Source: Malacoraja senta
Lineage: Eukaryota
Direction: 5' to 3'
Assembly: GCA_038087875.1 (NCBI GenBank)
Contig: JAXLNO010002760.1
Span: 558,001 to 617,784 of the forward strand
DNA: 59,784 nt
Part shown: piece by piece, positions 48,055-59,784 of the stretch
How positions within the stretch are numbered: the first letter of the stretch is position 1
Layout of the letters: each line of letters begins with the position of its first letter
Made by a program: the position numbers and the translations under genes
The notes under the pieces: generated by a model
The model's database searches: none
Told to the model about the DNA's origin: nothing
Seen by the model: the letters and a program-made list of their open reading frames with translations, nothing else

Positions 48055-48700
48055 TTTCCTACAACAGAGTCCATCACTCACTGCTGCCTCTCCTGTCCCT
48101 CTGCATTGGAATCACCAAACCAGACCATGAGGCAAAAATGGTAGTATACTTTCCACAGTTCATCTGTAAACATTTGTTTGAGTATCCAGAGACACACTGA
48201 ATCTCTTTAAACTTCAAAGAAAGTGGAAATGCTGGTGTGCCTTCATCATGATTGCATCATGTACTGGGCCCAAGACAGGTCATTTGAGATGACAATGCTA
48301 AGGATTTGGAAGCTGCTAATTCTCCAACATAATACACCAGTAAAACCCAGGGCAGGATCGCCTGACTTTCCCTTTCCGAAATCAACAATCAGTTCCTTGG
48401 ATTGGCACAAAATGCTTGAGTAATACAGGCAGCAACTTGGAGAGAAGGAATGGGTGACGTTTCGGGTCGAGACCTTACTTCAGACTCACGAGTCGTCACC
48501 CATTCCTTCTCTCCAGAGATGCTACCTGTCCCGTTGAGTTACTCCAGAATTTTGTGTCTATCTTTGGTGTAAACAAGCATCTGCAGTTCCTTCCTACACA
48601 ATCAGTTGCTTGGTCTTGTTGACATTCAATGAAAGATTGTTGTTGCAGCGTCATTCAACTGGGTGTTCTATTCCTCTCCTTTACCCTGATTTATCACCCT
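48055..48700 (-). mobile_element. Rex1/Babar fragment interrupted by a Penelope fold-back insert (48401-48597, 16-bp TSD)
   Basis: NNNLSLNVNKTKELIVDFGK...ISNDLSWA...TVESIL; direct repeat acaatcagtt(c/g)cttgg at 48385-48400 and 48598-48613. Confidence 0.8.
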
Positions 48701-49109
48701 CTGTTTGAACTATTTTGAAACACTTATTTACATTTCTAAGAAATTGCTCATCTAGTTTAACAAAATTCTGGAGTAGGTTGCCCTTGCGCTTTCCCTGTAT
48801 GAATTAATTCCTGGAGTACAACAAACCATAATGGGCAATTCTTCCCCCTTAGCTTGTCCAGGCATTTGATGCACTCTATTATCACCCTGTTGAAAATAGG
48901 TGTCAGTGGAAAACTGCTGCAAAGTTGTTAAGAAGTAATGGAGCCTGCAAAGGTTAGCTAATCACAGCAGAGATGAAAAGAGTCAATAATGCTGATTCAA
49001 GAGAGTGGTAAACCCACGGATCCCAAATGTTTTTTTAAACTATTACAAAATCACCTTAAATAACGTGTGCATGTATAACAAAAGATTTCTCTTGTTTTTT
49101 TCTTTAGAA

Positions 49110-50980
49110 CCAAGTCATCAGTACAATATTGCCTCTTCTCATTCTTCCCTTAAAAATGCAACACTTTGCATTTGTCAGTATTAATTTTCAGCTGCCACCC
49201 ATTCATTCATTCTACAAGCTCATCAATCTCTCTCTGAATTATATCATTAATCATCACATAGTTTGCTGCATCTCCAAGTTTTCTGTGATCTATAAATCTG
49301 GAAATTGCGGTCTTACAACCTGACACAAATCATCAATCTTAGGGAAAGCAATGGTCCTTGTATCAATCTATGGGGAACTCCATTGTGCAGAGAGTCACAG
49401 TGTGGCAGAGTCATGCAACATGGAAATAGGCCTTTCAATCCACTATGCCAATGTGGGTCATCTACCCATCTATGCTAATCCATTCTCCAACACTTGGCAC
49501 CAAAGTCACAGTGTTTTAAATGCTCATCTCATAATTTGTAAATATGTGAGTATCTGCCACCTAACCCCTTTAGTCAGTGCACACTAAATTCCAACCACAC
49601 TCTGGGTGAGAAAAATCTTCTTCAAGTCCCCCTACACCTTTTACTCCTCACTTTAAACCTTTGCCCTCTGACTGTAGACACCTTTGCAAAGAGGAAAAGT
49701 TTATCACTATCTACCACATCTATGCACCTCATAATTTTGTGTACTTTTATCAGGTCACCCCCCTCAGTCGCCTCTGTTCCAAGGATAAATAAGATCAATA
49801 AGATAATATGATTATCTGAATATATTGAAAACCAAAAGAAATGCAGATGCTGGAAGTCAGAAATAAAAGCAGAAAATGCTGGAAACATTCAATTGGTTCA
49901 GGGAGCACCTGCACAGAGAAACAGTTAATATTTCAGGTTGGTGATCCTTCGTTGGAACTGGGAAAGAGAGGGATGCAAGAGATGCAAAGAGAGAGAGATT
50001 TCAGTAGGAGAAAAGATGGGGGAGAAAAGATGGGGGAGATATGGAGGACAAAGGAAGTGTCTGTGATAGGATGATTTGAAGATATTAGATATTCAACAGT
50101 AGAGTCATAGAGTCTTTTAGTTTAGTTTAGAGATACAGCATGGAAACAGGCCCTTCGGCCTGCCAAGTCTGCACCAACCAGTGCTAACCTACACACTAGG
50201 GATAATTTACCATTTTTAGAAGCCAATTAACCTACAAACCTGTACATCTTTTGGAGTGTGGGAGGAAACCAGAGCACCCAGAGAAACCCCATGTGGTCAT
50301 AGGGAGAATGTACAACCTCCATACAGACAGCAGCCGTAGTCAGGATCAAACCTGTAAGGCAGCAACTCTACTGCTGCACCACCATGCCGCTCTAGTCATG
50401 TAGTCTGGAAACAGACTCTTTGGTTCTATTTGAACATGCTGATCACGATGGCCAGCTATGCATCCCTTTTTACTTGTGATTGACCATATCCCTCTAAACC
50501 TTTCCTAACCATCTACCTGTCTAAATGTAATTTTGAGTAGGAAAATTCCCTACACATGCCACAAGGAACAAACTCAGGAATTAGCTTGTGAAGAATGAGT
50601 TTAGGGTATCATGGGATGTTGGGCATAGAGAAAATCTAACAAAGTGTTACAATCCCCATGACTAACAATCGGCGCTTCTCTACAAGTGTGACTTCCTTCC
50701 CTCTATTTCAGTTGGGAGCAAAGTCCTGAAACTTATTATTTTCCAAAATACATTTGACATGCATCCTAACATTTTAAAGGTATCTACCTCTACCAATTCC
50801 TCTGGCAGCTCATTCCAGGCAACCATCACCATCTTTATGAAAAACGTATCACACAGATCTCCTTTATGTTTTCGCTCCTCTCACCTTAAACCTCTGCGCT
50901 CTCATTTTTTGATTCCCCCAGCCTGGCAAAAAGACTATCTACCCTATATGAGCCCCTAATAATTTTGTAACCCTTTACAA
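49110..50980 (-). mobile_element. Cluster of old CR1 3' fragments, a Penelope piece (about 49835-50080) and a V-SINE (about 50115-50390)
   Basis: GDLIKVHKIMRCIDVVDSDKLF...RGQRFKVR; ctgcagatgctgg-type motif; SINE V-domain and (tttag)n tail. Confidence 0.75.
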
Positions 50981-51348
50981 TGCCGTTAATTCAGGCACTG
51001 CTGCTCTGAGGACATTGAACCCACATGGATTGCATTAAGGCTAAGTTTAGTTTAGTTTGGTTTTGTTTTATTTAGTTTAGTTTACTTTATTGTCACGTGT
51101 ACCAATGTACAGTAAAAAGCTTTTGTTGCGTGCTATCCAGTCAGCAGAAAGACAATTCATGATTACAATCTAGCCATTTACAGTGTATAGATACACGATA
51201 AAGGAATAATGTTTAGTGCAAGGTAAAAATGTTGCGGTAGGAATAGAGATTTAAGAGTGTGGAGCGATTGGAATATGAGTTGGTAGATCTTCTTCTACGG
51301 CTAGCATGCAAATAGTCACCTAGGCTGGGCGCCATCCTTCCAATCAAA

Positions 51349-52545
51349 ATAATAATAATAATAATAATAATACATTTTATTTATATAGCGCTTTTCAAGG
51401 ACTCAAAGTCGCTTTACATTGAGAGTCAAAAAATAAATTTAAAAAATAGAGCAGTAAGACAGAGATGCAAAGGGTAGGGGGACATGGGACTAAGGGTATG
51501 CAGAGGTGAAGAGATGGGTCTTGAGGCGGGACTGGAAGATGGTGAGGGACTCAGAATTTCAGATCAGTTGTGGGAGGGAATTCCAGAGCCTGGGAGCTGC
51601 CCTGGAGAAGGCTCTGCCTCGAAAAGTGCAGAGGTTTGATTTCGGAGTGGAGAGGAGACCAGCTGATGTGGATCTGAGGGACTGTGAGGGTTGGTAGGGG
51701 GAGAGGAGGTCAGTGAGATAAGGGGGGGCCAAGTGGTTGAGGGCTTTGTAGGTGAGGACCAGGATTTTGTAGATGATCCGGTGGGAAATGGGAAGCCAGT
51801 GAAGTTCTTTGAGAACTGGGGTGATGTGGTGCCAGGATTTGGTGTGGGTGATGAGTCGGGCGGCTGCATTCTGGACCAGTTGGAGTCGGTTGATGTTGCT
51901 GGAATTAATGCCAAAGAGAAGAGAGTTGCAGTAGTCCAGTCGGGAGGAGATGAAGGCATGGATGAGTCTTTCAGCAGCGGGGGGTGTGAGAGAGGATCTG
52001 ATTTTGGCAATGTTGCGGAGGTGAAAAAATGATGTTTTGACAACATGGCGGATGTGAGGCTCAAGGGAGACGGTTGAGTCAAAGATCACGCCAAGGTTGC
52101 GGGCCTGAGGAGATGGGGAGGCAGTGGTGCCGTCAATAGTGAGAGTGGGGTTGTTAATTTTAGTGAGTGTTGATTTGGAGCCAATGAGGAGAAATTCTGT
52201 TTTGTTACTGTTTAATTTAAGGAAGTTGAGTTGCATCCAAGATTTGATGGCTGACAGGCAGGAGTTGATATGGGAGAGAGGGGGTGGTGGGGGGACTTGG
52301 TGCTGAGATAGATCTGGGTGTCATCAGCATAGCAATGGAAGTCCAGGTTGAAGTGACGGAGTATATGACCAAGGGGGAGGATGTAGATGATGAAGAGGAC
52401 GGGACCAAGAACGGAGCCTTGGGGAACGCCTTGAGTGACAGTGGCTGTGACAGAAGTGTGGTTGTGGAGAGAGATGAAGTGGGATCGGTTGGAAAGGTAG
52501 GAACGGAGCCAGCTGAGTGCAGAACCTTCAATGCCAAGGTCCCTA
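51349..52545 (-). mobile_element. L2 LINE 3' part (RT C-terminus to tail), 5'-truncated
   Basis: GVPQGSVLGP, HCYADDT, ORF 51559-52236 (LKLNSNKTEFL...RNLGVIFD...SRLDYCNSL...LQLVQNAAARLI...LHWLPI...RAFSRAAPRLWNSLP); (tta)n tail. Confidence 0.95.
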
Positions 52546-53573
52546 AGTCCCTAAGTAAAATAACATATAGGATCTTGATGCACATTTTAGTAGGGAATTA
52601 GATGTCATATAGAACAAACTAGGGTTACACTATAAAGGCTACAACTCTTTTCTATTGATAAGAGGAATGTGAGCTCACATTTTGCCAAAGGCTTTTGCAA
52701 AAAAGTTTGTTCTTTTGAAGTATAGCTGCTGATGTTTTGCGTGTGAACAAGCCTTTAAGATTATGAAATTATATTTTGGGCTTGACCTAAAAAAATATAT
52801 TTCCATTTGTGGATAAGGTCAGAACAAAGAACCATAAAAGACTTATGAGTATGAGATAATCATAAGTCTAATCAGCAATGCAGCGAATGATTAGGCAAGT
52901 ACATCAGTTGATTTCAAGGAAAAATGGAATCAACACAAAAGACAGAAATAAATAAAAGGAGATGTTGACTGATCAGATAAAGGTTGGGAGAAGAATCATG
53001 TCTCTCTTGCTGTGCTGTAAATACTTTTGTAATGCTGCAAAGAGGAAGGAATCTACTCAGATGTGAGGATAAAACTTTGATCTAATGAAGATGTGATTAG
53101 AGGGTTCTCTTCACTAAAGCGTGTCAGAGTGAATGTCTGTTTTCGTGCCCCTGATGTTGCATTGCCTATTATAAACTCTGATGACTTAGCTCCTTTAGTA
53201 ATGATTAAACACATACAGTACATGGCTGCTCAATAAAATAGATATAAGCAGTTCCTTTATTCCTTCACACGAGCTACTGCACATTCTGAAACATAGAAGA
53301 AGATGTGCTTGAGAAGGAAATGCATTCTTTTTCATGTAAGTGGGCATACTAGCATCACAGAACAAAATGACAGCACAAGACAATACCATGTCACTATATC
53401 ACATCTATCTGGAATTCAGGTCAAGGCAGAAGGAGTCCAGGTCACAACTAGCTCAGTGATTTTCCCACTCCTAATCTATGAATTTACAAAATGGATGAAG
53501 TTCTGTGCACCAAACCAGAAGGGTATACAAAGCACAAAAGAAGTTAATAGAAAAGATACACACGGCCACTTAC

Positions 53574-53729
53574 CACACCCACAGGAAATGCCAGGACGGC
53601 CATGAGCCAATCTCGAAGGGAAATCAGCTTCCGCAGCTGTCTCTGCTGCTCTTGGTCATTGGACCCTTGGGTCAGGAGACTGGACAGATCAGTTAAAACG
53701 CTGATCCCGAAGAATACAGTCTGGATAAC
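53574..53729 (-). CDS. AIG1: AIG1 coding exon (equivalent to human exon 2), 156 nt, phase 0/0
   Basis: Minus strand reads ...ttgaacag|GTT...GTG|gtaagt. Translates [52 protein letters not shown], closely matching recalled human AIG1 [52 protein letters not shown]. Confidence 0.96.
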
Positions 53730-54588
53730 CTGTTCAACAGATAGCATCATGAAGCTAAATGATAATTAGACTCTTGGAACATTTACACCTTATTAGAGTC
53801 ATGCAGCTCGGAAACAGGCCCTTCGGCCCAATTCATTGCAAGGGTCAGAGAGTTATAGTTTAAAACATGAAAACATGCCTCTTAGCCTATCTAGTCCATG
53901 CTGACTAAGTTTGCATTTTTGGCATGTTGCTTTTGTCTGCATTTGACATATCTCTAAATCTTTCCAGTTCATATACCTGAACAAATGTCTTTTAATTGTT
54001 TTATTTGTACCTGCCTTTACCACCTCTGTTAGTTCATTCCATACACTAACCATCTTTTACCTCTGGCATGGTCAATATTAGATCCATTAACTAAAACTCA
54101 GCAGAAATATAAGAAGAAAACAAGAGTTTCAATTGAGTCATATGGCACAGAAACAGGTCGATTTACCCACCAAGTTCCTGCCAACCATTAAGTACCAGTC
54201 TATGTTGATCGCAATTACCTCTTGGTCCATCTATTATTATTATCTATACTATTACTAAAACTCTCATCTTAACCACTGCGTTGTAATTAAATTTGTGCAA
54301 AAACGCTACCCTATATCGCTAGGATTTTTTCGCCACCTTACTCACCGTTCTCCTCTGCTCTAAGCCACCAAGTTTTTGTTCCGATCGGTGAAATAATAGA
54401 AAATTTAAGAAAGTTTTAAAAATTGTGAGATCAGCAGATTGGTCTTCTCGCCTGACAGTCACCATGAAGGTAACGCTTCTTCCGGGAGCGAGGAGATAAA
54501 GCCCGGAGGACGGACGTGAGTCAGTCAGCCCGGAAGCTGTGAGTGAGAGTTGAGTCCAGAACTGTGAGTCTACAAGCCGTGGCTGAGT

Positions 54589-54870
54589 CCGGAGGTCGCA
54601 CTCAGTCCAGAGGTTGCGCTCATTTCGGAGGTCGCGCTCATTCCGGAAGTCGCGCTCATTCCAGAAGTTGCGATCAGTACAGAGGTCGCACTCAGTCCAG
54701 AGGTCGTGCTCAGTCCAGAGATTGCCCTCATTCCGGAAGTCGCGCTCATTCCAGATGTCGCGCTCATTCCGGAAGTCACGCTCAGTCCAGAGGTCGCGCT
54801 CAGTCCAGAAATCAGACCTGAGTCCAGAAGTCAGACCTGAGTCCAAGGCCTTGCTCAGTCCAGAAGTCGG
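54589..54870 (+). repeat. 18-bp minisatellite (cgctcattccggaagtcg / cgctcagtccagaggtcg)
   Basis: 6-codon periodicity (ERDFRN/ERDLWT) in overlapping ORFs; about 15 diverged units. Confidence 0.92.
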
Positions 54871-54904
54871 GCGTGAGTATAATTAAGAGAGTTTTATGTC
54901 CCGG

Positions 54905-55441
54905 ATGTGCGTGTGTGATAGAGGGTGTGTGTGTGTGTGAGATGGAGGGTGTGTGTGGGTGTGTGAGATGGAAGGTGTGTGTGTGTGAGATGGAGGGTGT
55001 GTGTGCATGTGTGAGATGGAGGGTGTGTGTGTGTGAGAGAGATGGAGTGTGTATGTGCGTGAGATGGAGGGTGTGTGTGTGTGAGATGGAGGGTGTATGT
55101 GTGTGAGACGGAGGGTGTGTGTGCATGTGTGAGATGGAGGGTGTGTGTGTGTGAGAGAGATGGAGGGTGTGTGTGCATGAGATGGAAGGTGTGTATGCGT
55201 GAGATGGAGGGTGTGTGTGTGTTAGATGGAGGGTGTGTGTGTGTGATGGGTGTGTGTGCATGAGATGGAGGGTGTGTGTGTGTGTGAGTGAGATGGAGGG
55301 TGTGTGTGTGTGATGGAGGGTGTGTGTGTGTGGGGGAGATGGAGGGTGTGTGAGTGTGTGTGTATGTGAGATGGAGGGTGAGTGTATATGTGTGTGTGTG
55401 TGAAATGGAGAGGGTGTGTGGGAGATGGAGGGTGTGTGTGT

Positions 55442-55472
<31 letters not shown>

Positions 55473-55952
55473 AGATGGAGGGTGTGTGTGTGTGTGTGAG
55501 ATGGAGGGTGTATGTATGTGAGATGGAGGGTGTGTTTGTGTGAGATAGAGGGTGTGTGTGTGTGTGTGTGTGATGGAGGGTGTGTTTGTATGAGATGGAG
55601 GGTGAGTGTGTGTGTGAAATGGAGAGTGTGTGTGTGTGAGATGGAAGGTGTGTGCTTACGTGTGAGGTTGTGTGTGATGGAGGGTGTGTGTGTGTGAAGG
55701 AGGGTGTGTGGTGAGTGAGATGGAGGGTGTGTGTGTGTGTGAGTGAGATGGAGGGTGTGAGTGTGTGATGGAGGGTGTGAGTGTGTGTGTGTGAGATGGA
55801 GGATGTGTGTGTGTGAGATGGAGGGTGTATGTGTGTGAGACGGAGGGTGTGTGTGTGAGTGAGATGGAGGGCGTGTGTGTGTGTGATGGAGGGTGTGTGT
55901 GTGATGGAGGGTGTGTGTGTGTGATGGAGGTTGTGTGTGTGTGATGGAGGGT
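54905..55952 (+). repeat. (GAGATGGAGG(GT)n) compound satellite
   Basis: Seen directly; runs into the gap. Confidence 0.95.
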
Positions 55953-56150
55953 NNNNNNNNNNNNNNNNNNNNNNNNNNNNNNNNNNNNNNNNNNNNNNNN
56001 NNNNNNNNNNNNNNNNNNNNNNNNNNNNNNNNNNNNNNNNNNNNNNNNNNNNNNNNNNNNNNNNNNNNNNNNNNNNNNNNNNNNNNNNNNNNNNNNNNNN
56101 NNNNNNNNNNNNNNNNNNNNNNNNNNNNNNNNNNNNNNNNNNNNNNNNNN
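55953..56150. other. Assembly gap
   Basis: Run of N. Confidence 1.
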
Positions 56151-56151
56151 C

Positions 56152-56443
56152 ACAGTGAGAGTGAACTGTGAGTCCCACCCGCCATGTGAGTGAACTGTGA
56201 CTCCGCCAGCCGTGAGTGAGTGAACTGTGAGTCCACCAGCCGTGAGTGAGTGAACTGTGAGTCCACCAGCCGTGAGTGAGTGAACTGTGTCCACCAGCCG
56301 TGAGTGAGTGAACTGTGAGTCCACCAGCCATGAGTGAGTGAACTGTGAGTCCACCAGCCGTGAGTGAGTGAACTGTGAGTCCACCAGCCATGAGTGAGTG
56401 AACTGTGAGTCCACCAGCCATGAGTGACTGAACTGTGAGTCCA
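56152..56443 (+). repeat. 30-bp minisatellite gtgagtgagtgaactgtgagtccaccagcc
   Basis: About 10 near-identical units; a degenerate copy lies at about 54538-54583. Confidence 0.95.
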
Positions 56444-56549
56444 AGAATCCATTCGGCCCACAATGTCCATACTAGCCCTCTGGAAACCAGTCCCTTTGGC
56501 CCACATTACCCATACTAGAGCTCCGGAAAGCCCCTCACACTTAGTCTAG

Positions 56550-57507
56550 TATATTACTAAAACTGAACTTGTTTGTTTGAAGCTTTGTTCTTGAACCTCT
56601 ATTTGTGCAAAAACGGTACATGATAGCACTACAATTTTGCCCCACCTTACTCACCATTGTCCTGTGATATAAATGAAACAGGTTTTGTTCAGATTGATGG
56701 TATATTTTAAAAGTTATTAACGTTTTAAAATAACCTTAAAACAGCATCCCCACCCGCGCATGCGAAGTTGGGGGAGGGTTCCCATGCAAGTCTTTACTGG
56801 CATCACAAAGGGCACCCAACGGGTCCTCAGCTGCGCCTGCGCAGTTGGGGCCTTTCCAGATTTGAGATCACCATCTTTTTTTCACAACGGCGACACGGGT
56901 AATGTTACTTCCATTTTACTGTTGCTCCGGACCCGCGGGGATCCGCCGCCTTGGCTCTGAGGCTGGGGCTGCATCTACAGGTGGCGGCGGATGCCGGCTC
57001 CAGGGCTGGGGAGAGGCTGCGCCGAGGATCTGGGGCCTGGGCTCTGAGGCTGGCTCTGAGGCCGACGGCTGCTGCTCCTCCAGGCATGCAAGGAGTGAAA
57101 GGAGCGGCACCCTTGAGTTCTAGGGAGGTGAGGAGGAAGAGTGGGGGGAATCCAGGGAGAGGAGGGGGTAGGGAGGGAGATGGGGGGAAGTGGGGGAGCT
57201 GAATAGTGGGGGAGGTGGGGGATAGAGTGACAGGAGGGAGTTAGGGAGGGGAGAGGAGTTATGGAGGGATGGAGTGACTGAGGGTAGGGGAAAGGAGAGG
57301 GAGGGAGAGGTGAGGGAGGGATTTGGGGAGGGGAGGAGGAGACGGTGTAGAGGAGGGGAGGAAGTGCAGGGGGCTGAGGGGAAATGAGACGTGCCTGCGG
57401 AGTTGGGGGCTATGGGTGAGTGGTGGGATATTGCATTGGGGAATGGGTTGCGTTGGAGGACCAGGCCTCCCATGTGACATTGACCCAATGGGTTCCACTT
57501 AGTCTAG
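56550..57507 (+). mobile_element. Non-autonomous Helitron-like element 2
   Basis: Starts tatattactaaaact; ends with hairpin acccaatgggt followed by tccacttagtCTAG|t; G-rich purine tract at 57120-57450. Confidence 0.75.
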
Positions 57508-58234
57508 TAGCTTTCTAAATCCTTCAATTCTGGTACTCATCTTGAAACTACTCAAAAGTTGTGAAAGTGCCTATCTACACCATCCATTCAAGCACTGCAT
57601 TCCCTTGAGTGAAAAAAACCCTCTTCAGATCCCCTTCTAGCTTCTCCCCTAAATCTGTCCCCTCTAAGTTTTGATACCTCTGCAATAAGGAACCTCATCC
57701 ATGCTATTATATCAGTTTCCCCTTCAGACTCCTCCACTAGGAAAACAAACCATGCCGATCAAATTCCTTGGATGTATATACATTGAATAAACATTGAACT
57801 CATAGAAAGTGAGTTTAGGGAATGAGTGATGGGAAACAAGGAGATGGCAAATTTATATATATTTTTCCACGGTCTTGCAGAATGTATGACAAATGTATGG
57901 TTTCGGCCCGAAACGTTGCCTATTTCCTTCGCTCCATAGATGCTGCTGCACCCGCTGAGTTTCTCCAGCATTTTTGTGTACCTATGTGTGCTTTATATTT
58001 TTGTGCATTGCCTGAATCTAAATGCAGCAGCTGCAATCAAGATTTTCATAGTACCTGTACTTCACCCCCTTTATCCACTGAACATTTTCCTTGAAAAAAC
58101 TCCAATAAGTTGATCCAACATGATTTCCCTTTCAAAAATCAACATTGGCTTGGCCAGATGACCTTGATTTTTTCTGCAGTAATGTCATTAATAATAGCTT
58201 CTAACATTTTCCCAATGACCAATGTTCACCTGAC

Positions 58235-59784
58235 TGTAGAAGCAATAGGTAGCAAGGTGAAAAGTAAAAGTGGCAGGCAGACAAATCCAAGGCAAAAATC
58301 AAGAAGGGCCACTTTTCAACATAATTGTATAAGGGGTAAGAGCGTTGTAAAAACAAGCCTGAAGGCTTTGTGTCTCAATGCAAGGAGCATTCGTAGGTGG
58401 ATGAGTTGAATGTGCAGATAGCTATTAATGATTATGATATAGTGGGGATCACGGAGACATGGCTCCAGGGTGACCAAGGCAGGGATATTCAATATTCAGG
58501 AGGGATAGACAGAAAGGAAAAGGAGGTGGGGTAGCGTTGCTGGTTAGAGAGCAGATTAACGCAATGGAAAGGAAGGACGTTAGCTTGGAGGATGTGGAAT
58601 CGATATGGGTAGAGCTGCGAAACACTAAGGGGCAGAAAACGCAAGTGGGTGTTGTGTACAGGCCACCTAACAGTAGTAGTCGAGTTGGGGATGGCATTAA
58701 ACAGGAAATTAGAAATGCATGCAACAAAGGTAAAACAGTTATAATGGGTGACTTCAATCTACATATAGATTGAGTGAATCAAATTGGCAGGGGTGCTGAG
58801 GAAGAGGATTTCTTGGAATGTATGCGGGATAGTTTTCTAAACCAACATGTAGAAGAACCAATGAGAGAGGAGGCTATTCTAGATTGGGTATTGAGTAATG
58901 AGGAAGGGTTAGTTAGTAGTCTTGTTGTGCGTGCCCCCTTGGGCAAGAGTGACCATAATATGGTTGAGTTCTTCATTAGGATGGAGAGTGACATTGTTAA
59001 TTCAGAAACAAGGGTTCAGAACTTTAAAAAATGTAACTTTGAGGGTATGAGACGTCAATTGGCCAAGATTGACTCGCAATTGATTCTTAAAGGATTGATG
59101 GTGGATATGCGATGGAAGGCATTTAAAGACTGCATGGATGAACTACAACAATTGTTCATCCCAGTTTGGCAAAAGAATAAATCAGGGAAGGTAGTGCATC
59201 CGTGGATAACAAGGGAAATCAGGGATAGTATCAAAACAAAAGATGAAGCGTACAAATTAGCCAGAAAAAGCAGCCTACCAGAGGACTGGGAAAAATTCAG
59301 AGTCCAGCAGAGGAGGACATAGGGCTTAATTAGGAAAGGGAAAATAGATTATGAAAGAAAACTGACAGGGAACATAAAAACTGACTGCCAAACTTTTTAT
59401 AGATATGTGAAGAGAAAGAGATTAGTTAAAACAAATGTAGGTCCCTTGCAGTCAGAAACAGGTGAATTGATCATGGGGAACAAGGACATGGCAGACCAAT
59501 TGAATAACTACTTTGGTTCTGTCTTCACTAAGGAAGACATAAATAATCAACCGGAAATAGCAGGGGACCGGGGGTGAAATGAGATGGAGGAACTGAGTGA
59601 AATCCAGGTTAGCCGGGAAGTGGTGTTAGGTAAAGTGAATGGATTAAAGGCCGATAAATCCCCAGGGCCAGATAGGCTGCATCCCAGAGTACTTAAGGAA
59701 GTAGCCCTAGAAATAGTGGAAGCATCAGTGATAATTTTTCAAAACTCCTTAGATTCTGGAGTAGTTCCTGAGGATTGGACGGTA
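58235..59784 (+). mobile_element. CR1 ORF2 5' part (APE endonuclease and linker), running off the window end
   Basis: LKALCLNARSIR, GITETWL, ESIWVELRN, GVVYRPPN, IMGDFN, ILDWVLSN, LGKSDHNMV, KADKSPGPD; contains stops. Confidence 0.95.

Larger units (their letters stand above)
54243..56549 (+). mobile_element. Non-autonomous Helitron-like element 1 (contains tandem arrays and a gap)
   Basis: a|TCtatactattactaaaact ... cacttagtCTAG|t; no TIR or TSD; first about 150 bp homologous to element 2. Confidence 0.7.

Noticed and set aside
54319-54886. ERDFRN repeat protein, or a CRISPR-like array
   Set aside because: It is an 18-bp minisatellite open in several frames, with no unique spacers, no cas genes and a eukaryotic context.
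56152-56443. 30-bp repeats of CRISPR-like length
   Set aside because: Units are contiguous with no spacers.
54812-56506. 564-aa His/Thr-rich ORF and overlapping ORFs
   Set aside because: They are translations of stop-free tandem repeats read through an N gap.

Overview
This is vertebrate nuclear DNA, not a prokaryotic or viral window. The HE1/V-SINE, CR1, Deu-domain SINE and Penelope repeat content points to a cartilaginous fish, probably a skate or ray. The whole window lies inside one minus-strand gene, AIG1 (androgen-induced gene 1, a FAHFA hydrolase). Three coding exons with canonical AG/GT boundaries are visible: 53574-53729 (156 nt), 46253-46354 (102 nt) and 23172-23287 (116 nt). They splice in frame. 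Exon 1 and exons 5 onward were not found and probably lie outside the window. The rest is a dense nest of transposable elements: a near-full-length CR1 LINE (about 5.9-9.9 kb) plus many CR1 fragments, two L2 3' halves, Rex1/Babar fragments, tRNA-derived SINEs, and Penelope-like fragments carrying minimal hammerhead-ribozyme cores. DNA elements include PIF/Harbinger-type MITEs with TTA target duplications (two of them share one TTA), a 1.7-kb non-autonomous hAT element with a perfect 8-bp TSD, and a head-to-tail pair of non-autonomous Helitrons containing 18-bp, GT-rich and 30-bp tandem arrays. There are two assembly gaps (46820-46998 and 55953-56150). I see no CRISPR array and no new protein-coding system. 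The best leads are the hammerhead-bearing Penelope remnants inside the AIG1 pre-mRNA, the Helitron tandem with ETS/NRF1 motifs beside exon 2, and several unclassified non-autonomous elements. Family calls and comparisons to human AIG1 come from recalled sequences, not database searches. Repeat boundaries are approximate unless a TSD is given.
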